Shown piece by piece: positions 22,763 to 32,000 of a DNA stretch of 32,000 bases; position 1 is the stretch's first letter; every line of letters starts with the position of its first letter. Both the position numbers and the translations under genes were made by a program. The notes under the pieces are model-generated. The model worked only from the letters and a program-made list of their open reading frames with translations, searched no databases and was not told the origin of the DNA. The DNA lies in NCBI GenBank assembly GCA_001430755.1, contig CP013062.1:240001-272000 (forward strand). Direction: 5' to 3'. The DNA is from Candidatus Peribacter riflensis. GTDB taxonomy: Bacteria; Patescibacteriota; Gracilibacteria; Peribacterales; Peribacteraceae.

Positions 22763-22847
22763 GCGTGTCATCCTGAGCTCTGTCGAAGGACGACACGCAG
22801 ACAAGTGATTTCATCTTAGTCATGGTTCGACAGAGCTCACCATGACA
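22763..22847. repeat. Double-hairpin intergenic repeat, copy B, 27 nt upstream of rpoC
   Basis: Hairpin 1 is GCGTGTCATCC-tgagctctgtcgaa-GGACGACACGC (22763-22798, one A/C mismatch). Hairpin 2 is GTCATGG-ttcgacagagctca-CCATGAC (22819-22846). The two 14-nt loops are exact reverse complements of each other. Confidence 0.6.
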
Positions 22848-22873
22848 TCGCATTTCTACTCCCAATCCTCATC

Positions 22874-26818
<3,945 letters not shown>

Positions 26819-26884
26819 TTTTCCTTGCCATCCCTTTTGCTTCCAAGTACCCTTCCTCGGCTTTCTTCCCTCGTATAGCCCAGC

Positions 26885-27307
26885 ATGCCAACGATCAATC
26901 AGCTCATCCGGCACCCACGCAGACAGCGGCGACGCAAGTCCAAGGCGCCGGCACTGCAGTACACCTGGAACACGCTGCATATGCGGGCCGTGCCGCTCCC
27001 CAAGGGCGCGCCATTCAAGCGCGGGGTCTGCATCAAAGTGACGACCATGACGCCGAAGAAGCCGAACTCCGCTCTGCGCAAGATCGCCCGCGTGCGCCTG
27101 ACGAACGGCCACGAAGTGAAGGCGTACATCATGGGTGAGGGGCACAACCTGCAGGAACACTCGATGGTTCTCGTCCGTGGCGGCCGCGTGAAAGACCTTC
27201 CGGGCGTGCGCTACCACATCGTGCGCGGCATCCTCGATACCGAGGGTGTGCAGAACCGCAGGCAGGGCCGCAGCCGTTACGGCGCCAAACGACCGAAAAA
27301 AGCCTGA
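26885..27307 (+). CDS. rpsL: 30S ribosomal protein S12
   Basis: MPTINQLIR..., [10 protein letters not shown] and [17 protein letters not shown] are present. It is the long form, with an insertion before GAPFKRGVC at the same position as in Bacillus-type S12. Confidence 0.97.
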   Translation: MPTINQLIRHPRRQRRRKSKAPALQYTWNTLHMRAVPLPKGAPFKRGVCIKVTTMTPKKPNSALRKIARVRLTNGHEVKAYIMGEGHNLQEHSMVLVRGGRVKDLPGVRYHIVRGILDTEGVQNRRQGRSRYGAKRPKKA

Positions 27308-27399
27308 ATTATGAATCAAGAATTCCATATTATTGGCTTCCTCTCTGCTTCAGTTCTCCGTTATTCTTAATTCCTTATTCTTCATTCTTCGTCGTTCCC
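27308..27399. repeat. AT-rich, pyrimidine-rich low-complexity spacer between rpsL and rpsG
   Basis: The sequence ...ttattcttaattccttattcttcattcttcg... has the reverse complement gaagaatgaagaataaggaattaagaataa. That resembles the in-frame tract gaagaattaggaataaagaataaagaattaag in carA (12109-12140). Confidence 0.4.
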
Positions 27400-27852
27400 A
27401 TGCCCAAGCCCATCAAATCCTACATCCCCGAAGGTTCCGATCCTCTCATTGAGAAGTTCATCTGCTGCCTCATGAAGCGCGGCAAGAAGTCCACGGCTCG
27501 CCGGGTGTTCTGGGATGCGATTGAAGTGGTGAAGGGCCGTACCAAAGATCAGCCTCTCGAAGTCTTTCAGAAAGCGCTGCTCAATGTCACCCCTCTTGTG
27601 GAGGTGCGTCCCAAACGTGTGGCCGGAGCGGTGTACCAGGTTCCGGTGGAGGTGAACCCGCACCGTCAACAGACACTCTCGATCCGCTGGCTGCTCATCG
27701 CGGCCCGCAGTCGCAAGGGCATGCCCATGTCCCAGCGCCTCGGTTTGGAGCTGCTCGATGCTTCTTCGGGGCAGGGTGCTGCAGTGAAGAAGAAGGAAGA
27801 TGTGCTGCGGATGGCGCAAGCCAACAAGGCCTTCGCGCATCTGGCGAAGTAA
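27400..27852 (+). CDS. rpsG: 30S ribosomal protein S7
   Basis: The S7 pattern KRGKKSTARRVFWDAIE...PLVEVRPKRVAGAVYQVPVEV...KKKEDVLRMAQANKAFAH is present. 150 aa. Confidence 0.97.
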   Translation: MPKPIKSYIPEGSDPLIEKFICCLMKRGKKSTARRVFWDAIEVVKGRTKDQPLEVFQKALLNVTPLVEVRPKRVAGAVYQVPVEVNPHRQQTLSIRWLLIAARSRKGMPMSQRLGLELLDASSGQGAAVKKKEDVLRMAQANKAFAHLAK

Positions 27853-27870
27853 CCCGTGAGCAACGTCGTC

Positions 27871-28425
27871 TCACGCTTCGGCGTGTTTCTGTGCGGCCGC
27901 GTCCGTTTCTGGCGATTCCAGCGCGAAGATGCGAGGCAGGAGTTGTTTGGTGCGCAGAGAGGCGAGCAAGGGCGCAGGAGGATTGCGCAGCACAATGGCG
28001 CCTTGGGGATAACCGAGGTCCTTCCAGAATCCGACGAGGACGGCAATGCCGCCTTCACAGATTGAGCCGTTCTGGCCCAGGTCCGTACAGTCGATGACAT
28101 ACAGACCGTGGGGCTCGCCGTGCGCGATGGTCTGCAGTGCCGCGCGGAGATCCGTGATCCCATTGGGTTCACTGATATCCTCCAGAATGCGTGCGGAAGG
28201 GTCGGTGTCGTTGTCCCGTTTGCCACGCAGGGGCAGGACCAGGGACCGCTGCGTGCCCTGTGTTTCGCTCGTCACGGCACCCAGAAATTCCGGGCTCTTG
28301 CGTACCTGCTGTGCCGCTTTCTGCTGTCCGGCGATGATCCGGTTGATGACCGCGAAGGCCGGAGAGACGTTCCCGGTTTCCTGCGGGGACGGGCGTTCGG
28401 AGGGGTGTTCCTGCTCGTGCAGCAT
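27871..28425 (-). CDS. 184-aa protein on the opposite strand between rpsG and fusA; possible STAS/anti-sigma-antagonist-like fold (tentative)
   Basis: The ORF exactly fills the 750-nt rpsG-fusA gap. Third codon positions are strongly G/C, like genuine genes here. ATG at 28425 sits behind a promoter-like site. The C-terminal half LVLPLRG...ITDLRAALQTIAHGEPHGLYVIDCTDLGQNGSICEGGIAVLVGFWKDL...GAIVLRNPPAPLLASLRTKQLLPRIFAL follows the strand/helix rhythm of STAS domains. That assignment is weak. Confidence 0.65.
   Translation of the reverse strand: MLHEQEHPSERPSPQETGNVSPAFAVINRIIAGQQKAAQQVRKSPEFLGAVTSETQGTQRSLVLPLRGKRDNDTDPSARILEDISEPNGITDLRAALQTIAHGEPHGLYVIDCTDLGQNGSICEGGIAVLVGFWKDLGYPQGAIVLRNPPAPLLASLRTKQLLPRIFALESPETDAAAQKHAEA
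27872..27890 (+). terminator. Small intrinsic terminator after rpsG (CACGC-ttcg-GCGTG + TTTCT)
   Basis: 5-bp GC stem with a UUCG tetraloop at 27872-27885, followed by tttct. It lies 20 nt after the rpsG stop and overlaps the last codons of the convergent minus-strand gene. Confidence 0.5.
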
Positions 28426-28431
28426 GCCATA

Positions 28432-28459
28432 AAATTACTATTGATATGGATATTGTCAA
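28432..28459 (-). promoter_or_regulatory. Minus-strand promoter TTGACA-N16-TAATTT placing the transcription start at the ATG of the 184-aa gene
   Basis: TTGACA is the complement of 28454-28459, and TAATTT is the complement of 32-37 (28432-28437). Six nt separate the hexamer from ATG 28425. Confidence 0.4.
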
Positions 28460-28603
28460 CGCAGCTCCCTGTGGCAGTTTCCCCCCAGAATATTTGCACG
28501 GGATCGCCCCTTTCCCTATAGTTTGCCCACTTCGAGAGGATGCCCAGAGCATCCCGTGCTCAGGATGCACGTTTCATCTGTATTCCGTTTTCCTCACCTT
28601 TCC

Positions 28604-30706
28604 ATGGATCTCAAGAATCTGCGCAACATTGGAATCATCGCCCACATCGACGCCGGGAAGACGACGACGAGCGAGCGCATCCTCTTCTACACGGGCAAGA
28701 ACTACAAAATCGGCGAGGTGCATGAGGGTGAGGCGACCATGGACTGGATGGAACAGGAGCGCGAGCGCGGTATCACCATCACCTCTGCGGCCACGCAGTG
28801 CAGCTGGAAGGCCAAAGATATTGATGGCAAAGATACCGTCTTCACGATCAACATCATCGACACTCCCGGGCACGTGGATTTCACGGCCGAGGTGGAGCGA
28901 AGCCTCCGTGTCCTGGATGGCGGCGTGGTGGTCTTCGACGGCTCGCAGGGCGTTGAACCCCAGAGCGAAACCGTCTGGCGCCAGGCCGATAAGTACGCCG
29001 TTCCACGGCTGGCGTTCATCAATAAGATGGATAAGACCGGAGGGGATTTCTACATGTCCCTTGGCAGTATCCACGACCGTCTGAGCAAGAACGCCGTGGC
29101 GATTCAGCTCCCCATCGGCGCGGAATCCGATTTCACGGGCGTCGTCGATCTCATCGCGCAGAAGGCGTATAAATTCGAAGGAGAACACGGTGAGACGATC
29201 ACCGAGATCCCCGTCCCGGAAGATCTGAAAGATGAGGTGTCGGAGTACCGTGCCGTGCTCATGGAGAAAGTCGCGGAGGCCGATGACGACCTTCTGGACG
29301 AGTACCTCAAGAACAACGCCCTCACCGATGCACAGATCATCAAGGGGCTCCGCGTCGGCACCGTGAAGAACAAGCTGTACCCGGTGGTCTGCGGTTCCTC
29401 TCTCAAGAACATGGGCGTGCAGCTCATGCTCGACGCGGTGGTGGCCTATCTGCCCTCTCCGCTCGATGTTCCCCCTGCGAAGGGCATCAATACCGATACC
29501 GACAAGGAAGAAGAGCGCAAGGCTTCCAATGATGATCCGCTCACCGTCCTCGCCTTCAAAATCGCCACCGATCCCTTCGTGGGACGCCTCACGTTCGTCC
29601 GTGTGTACTCCGGCGTGATGAAGGCCGGCACGTACATGATCAACTCGCGTTCGGGCACCAAAGAACGTATCGGACGCATTGTTCGCATGCACTCCAATCA
29701 CCGCACCGAGATCACGGAGGTGGAGGCGGGCGACATTGCAGCAGTGATCGGCCTCAAAGACACGCGTACGGGAGACACACTCTGCGGGGAAGATCAGTCC
29801 ATCCTCCTCGAATCCATCAAGTTCGCGGAGCCGGTCATCCACATGGCCGTGGAGCCCAAGACGAAGGCTGACCAGGAGAAGATGGGATCCGCCCTGCAGA
29901 AACTGGCCGAGGAGGATCCGACCTTCTCTGTGCGCACCGATGACGAAACCGGACAGGTCATCATCGGGGGCATGGGCGAGCTGCACCTGGATATCATCGT
30001 CGATCGTATGCGTCGCGAGTTCAAAGTGGAGTCGAACGTCGGCACGCCGCAGGTGGCCTACCGCGAGACGATCCAGAAAGAGGTGGAGCACGAAGAGAAG
30101 TACATCAAGCAGACAGGCGGCCGCGGACAGTACGGTCACGTCATTTTCAAGATCATTCCGCAGGAGCCGGGCAAGGGGTACGAATTCGTGAACGAGGTCG
30201 TGGGAGGCCGTATTCCCCGCGAGTACATCTCGCCCTGCGACAAGGGTTTCCAGGAGGGCATGACGCGCGGTATCCAGGCCGGCTACCCGGTGGTGGATGT
30301 GAAAGTGGAGCTCCTCGATGGTTCCTACCACGATGTCGACTCCTCTGAAATGGCCTTCAAGATCGCCGCATCCATCGGTTTCCAGAATGCCGCCAGAAAG
30401 GCAGAGCCGATCATCCTGGAGCCGATCATGAAGGTGGAGATCGTCACGCCCGAGGAGTTTCTCGGCGACGTCATGGGCGATATCAACTCCCGCCGCGGCG
30501 TGATCCAGAGTACGGGCGATCGTGGCTCAGCCAAGACGATTCAGGTGAACGTGCCGCTCTCCGAGATGTTCGGCTACGCCACGGATCTGCGCTCCCTCAC
30601 GCAGGGCCGCGCCAGCTACTCCATGGAACCCAGTCACTATGCCAAGGTGCCGGGCAACGTGGCAGCCGAGGTGATTGCCAAGCGGGTGGGGGTGGTGAAG
30701 AGGTAG
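28604..30706 (+). CDS. fusA: Translation elongation factor G
   Basis: The start at ATG 28604 gives [31 protein letters not shown] (G1 motif). DTPGHVDF (G3) and NKMD (G4) are present. 700 aa. The track start at 28523 adds a non-homologous extension. Confidence 0.97.
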   Translation: MDLKNLRNIGIIAHIDAGKTTTSERILFYTGKNYKIGEVHEGEATMDWMEQERERGITITSAATQCSWKAKDIDGKDTVFTINIIDTPGHVDFTAEVERSLRVLDGGVVVFDGSQGVEPQSETVWRQADKYAVPRLAFINKMDKTGGDFYMSLGSIHDRLSKNAVAIQLPIGAESDFTGVVDLIAQKAYKFEGEHGETITEIPVPEDLKDEVSEYRAVLMEKVAEADDDLLDEYLKNNALTDAQIIKGLRVGTVKNKLYPVVCGSSLKNMGVQLMLDAVVAYLPSPLDVPPAKGINTDTDKEEERKASNDDPLTVLAFKIATDPFVGRLTFVRVYSGVMKAGTYMINSRSGTKERIGRIVRMHSNHRTEITEVEAGDIAAVIGLKDTRTGDTLCGEDQSILLESIKFAEPVIHMAVEPKTKADQEKMGSALQKLAEEDPTFSVRTDDETGQVIIGGMGELHLDIIVDRMRREFKVESNVGTPQVAYRETIQKEVEHEEKYIKQTGGRGQYGHVIFKIIPQEPGKGYEFVNEVVGGRIPREYISPCDKGFQEGMTRGIQAGYPVVDVKVELLDGSYHDVDSSEMAFKIAASIGFQNAARKAEPIILEPIMKVEIVTPEEFLGDVMGDINSRRGVIQSTGDRGSAKTIQVNVPLSEMFGYATDLRSLTQGRASYSMEPSHYAKVPGNVAAEVIAKRVGVVKR

Positions 30707-30773
30707 GGAATAGGGATTAGGGATTAGGACTTAGGACGAAGGGAAAAGGGAAAAGGGAAAAGGAAGAAGGATT
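30704..30773 (+). repeat. Purine-rich tandem tract at the fusA stop: (TAGGGAWT)n followed by (AAAAGGG)n
   Basis: The sequence is tagggaatagggattagggattaggacttaggacgaagggaaaagggaaaagggaaaaggaagaagg. It holds six GGG runs on the sense strand. The TAG stop is the first repeat unit. Confidence 0.8.
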
Positions 30774-30781
30774 GGATGATA

Positions 30782-30810
30782 TTGACTATATAAAATATAT
30801 ATTGTATATT
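30782..30810 (+). promoter_or_regulatory. Strong sigma70-type promoter TTGACT-N17-TATATT in a 35-nt AT-only patch
   Basis: TTGACT at 30782-30787 and TATATT at 30805-30810, with TG at 30803-30804. The downstream ATG at 30909 implies a leader of about 90 nt. Confidence 0.55.
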
Positions 30811-30825
30811 CTTATTTGTCGGTTT
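30811..30825. repeat. Left arm of a perfect 15-bp inverted repeat (CTTATTTGTCGGTTT)
   Basis: Its reverse complement AAACCGACAAATAAG occurs at 31239-31253. The two arms bracket the 107-aa gene. Confidence 0.7.
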
Positions 30826-30908
30826 TTCACAACTCGTACCTTGGGATGACCCACGATGGGCATTCCGCAAACTTTCCTCTTACCGGGGAAAGAGAAAGGT
30901 GAAGAGAC

Positions 30909-31232
30909 ATGATCGTCTTTCTCACCGCCGTTTCTACTGTCGCTCTCGTGAACTTCTTCCGCGTCCTCGCACGCGATGAGATGTTCAAGGCGGGGATGTT
31001 CCTCGTCACCGCAGTCATCTGCGGTCTGTGGGCGACCGAGCTGCACGTTCCGGGTATGCGGGACTTCATTCCCGGGCCACTGGTGGCTCTGGGAACACTG
31101 TTGTTCTGTATCAGCCTGGAGCGGCATGAGAAGCCTGTCGCACGATGGGTCCTCGGACCCCTCGGGCAGATTCTCGGCGGAGGCTTGGCGATCGCCGGCC
31201 TCATCCTGGCGCAGATCTGCGTCGCGTGGTGA
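30909..31232 (+). CDS. 107-aa integral membrane protein (about four TM helices), family not recognised
   Basis: ATG preceded by an SD-like AAAGGTGAAG. Four hydrophobic segments: MIVFLTAVSTVALVNFF, MFLVTAVICGLWA, PLVALGTLLFCISL and LGGGLAIAGLILAQICVAW. Confidence 0.75.
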   Translation: MIVFLTAVSTVALVNFFRVLARDEMFKAGMFLVTAVICGLWATELHVPGMRDFIPGPLVALGTLLFCISLERHEKPVARWVLGPLGQILGGGLAIAGLILAQICVAW

Positions 31233-31238
31233 GGCGCC

Positions 31239-31253
31239 AAACCGACAAATAAG
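31239..31253. repeat. Right arm of the 15-bp inverted repeat (AAACCGACAAATAAG)
   Basis: Exact reverse complement of 30811-30825. It begins 7 nt after the stop of the 107-aa gene and abuts the terminator hairpin. Confidence 0.7.
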
Positions 31254-31285
31254 CGCGGGAGGTATGACCCCCTCTCGCGCTTTCG
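31253..31285 (+). terminator. Intrinsic terminator after the 107-aa gene
   Basis: GCGCGGGAGG (31253-31262) pairs with CCTCTCGCGC (31271-31280), with one G-U pair. It is followed by tttcgtct. Confidence 0.5.
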
Positions 31286-31316
31286 TCTGCCTCCACTATT
31301 TTAGTGTATTATCACA

Positions 31317-31345
31317 TTGACACACTCATTCGGACACGGTAGGCT
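31317..31345 (+). promoter_or_regulatory. Possible promoter TTGACA-N17-TAGGCT for the TrpR-like gene
   Basis: Perfect TTGACA at 31317-31322 and a weak -10 TAGGCT at 31340-31345. The ATG at 31355 is 9 nt after the hexamer. No SD motif. Confidence 0.35.
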
Positions 31346-31354
31346 TCTGCTGTT

Positions 31355-31735
31355 ATGGGAAAAAGACGCTTCACCGAAGGCACCTGGAGAACGGATCCAT
31401 TGTTCCGGCGTCTCTGTAAGGCATTTCTCGCCTGCAAGAAAGAGAAGGAGGTAGGGGATTTCCTTCGCGACGTCGCGACCCTTGCCGAATTGAAGGCACT
31501 GAGCGAGCGTCTGGAAGTGGCACGGCTCCTCCTCGCAGGTATCAGTTACCGCGAGGCTGCGAAGTGCGCTCCTTCCAGTACAGCCACCGTCACACGCGTT
31601 GCGGGGTTCCTGAACGGCGGCGAAGGCGGCTACCGTTCCGTCCTCAAGACTCATAGACATCATTCTTCCAAGCGCCCACCTTCGCGCACAGCGCTACGGC
31701 GGGCAAGCGGGGAGAGGATGGTGTCGAAACAGTAA
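31355..31735 (+). CDS. TrpR-related DNA-binding protein, YerC/YecD family
   Basis: The pattern LAELKALSERLEVARLLLAGISYREAAKCAPSSTATVTRVAGFLNGGEGGYRSVL matches the YerC/YecD helix-turn-helix (..tYreI....g.StATItRv.r.L..G.gGY). Confidence 0.8.
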   Translation: MGKRRFTEGTWRTDPLFRRLCKAFLACKKEKEVGDFLRDVATLAELKALSERLEVARLLLAGISYREAAKCAPSSTATVTRVAGFLNGGEGGYRSVLKTHRHHSSKRPPSRTALRRASGERMVSKQ

Positions 31736-31879
31736 GCGCTTTGTCCGATCGACCTCATCTCCTCCTCGCAGTGCGACGAGGGCGTTCTTTCTCTGTTTCA
31801 ACAGGCGAAGTCCGCTGCATGCGGATCCCACTTTCGGGAGAACGTAGTTTGTCCTTTCACATTGTCGGAGGAACGAAAG

Positions 31880-32000
31880 ATGAGCGTAGACACGCGGTAC
31901 AACGAGGTTGGTCGGAACGCCGGACTGCGGTATGGCATCATAGAGGTCACAACCCGATGCCAGCTGCGGTGCCCGGGTTGCTACATGGTCCGGCGTAATG
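31880..32000 (+). CDS. Radical SAM protein, N-terminal fragment (continues beyond the window)
   Basis: The frame-2 ATG at 31880 is preceded by GGAGG (31868-31872). Translation is MSVDTRYNEVGRNAGLRYGIIEVTTRCQLRCPGCYMVRRN, which contains CxxxCxxC. It is too short in the window to appear in the ORF track. Confidence 0.6.
   Translation, partial: MSVDTRYNEVGRNAGLRYGIIEVTTRCQLRCPGCYMVRRN

Noticed and set aside
26930-26985. A roughly 15-aa insertion in ribosomal protein S12 ([16 protein letters not shown]) relative to E. coli and Thermus S12.
   Set aside because: Bacillus-type long-form S12 has an insertion at the same position (NKGYNSFKKEHTNVSS). It is a known lineage variant, not a novelty.
28523-28603. 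27-codon upstream extension of fusA (track start 28523). The analogous track starts 17970 (Zn-ribbon), 11170 (101-aa gene), 1331 (antitoxin) and 103 (first gene) were treated the same way.
   Set aside because: EF-G homology begins at [21 protein letters not shown] (ATG 28604). The other track starts are simply the first ATG/GTG/TTG after a stop, and they overlap promoters or the preceding gene.
30704-30740. TTAGGG/TAGGGAT units resembling telomeric repeats, and the short tandem repeats in general, considered as a possible CRISPR array.
   Set aside because: The units are 6-9 bp and directly tandem with no spacers. There are no 25-40-bp repeats and no cas genes. The tract is internal to a bacterial gene string, so it is a microsatellite-like tract, not a telomere or CRISPR array.
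31741-31998. 85-aa ORF (TTG start, frame 1) at the right edge.
   Set aside because: Frame 2 from ATG 31880 has a GGAGG ribosome-binding site and an unmistakable radical SAM CxxxCxxC N-terminus. The frame-1 product is Arg/His-rich with no features.

Overview
This is a 32-kb bacterial chromosomal segment of roughly 60% GC. The taxon cannot be determined from the window alone. I call 25 protein-coding genes, two of them cut by the window edges. I found no rRNA, tRNA, CRISPR array, transposase or integrase.

Recognisable housekeeping genes are carA, purN, a Fre/FNR-type flavin reductase, a CofE-like (F420-0:gamma-glutamyl ligase family) protein and rpoC-rpsL-rpsG-fusA. There is also a TrpR/YerC-like regulator and the start of a radical-SAM gene. 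No rpoB lies upstream of rpoC and no tuf lies downstream of fusA. An opposite-strand gene sits between rpsG and fusA.

Accessory content:
- An LTD/PKD surface protein with a PEP-CTERM-like tail.
- A Phd/RelE toxin-antitoxin pair with a palindromic operator.
- A 559-aa protein in which I read a clan-CD (caspase/legumain-like) His-Gly...Ala-Cys dyad.
- Two blocks of proteins with no domain I can recognise.

The best candidate for something undescribed is the 9.5-kb, four-gene block at 2013-11529 (1876, 854, 320 and 101 aa). These proteins are long, helical and charged, lack signal peptides, and each carries Gly/Ala-rich hydrophobic hairpins. The second block (17239-22597) holds a single-pass membrane protein, a Zn-ribbon protein, a lipoprotein, a small acidic protein and a 1141-aa all-helical protein.

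Non-coding structure is also rich:
- sigma70-like TTGAnn-N17-TAnnnT promoters often sit so close to start codons that leaderless or near-leaderless mRNAs are implied, and Shine-Dalgarno motifs are almost absent.
- A two-copy double-hairpin intergenic repeat has complementary 14-nt loops.
- G3N4-5 tracts (potential G-quadruplexes) occur at gene ends and in frame inside carA.
- A 15-bp inverted repeat brackets a small membrane-protein gene.

All functional calls come from motif recognition by eye. No database search was run.
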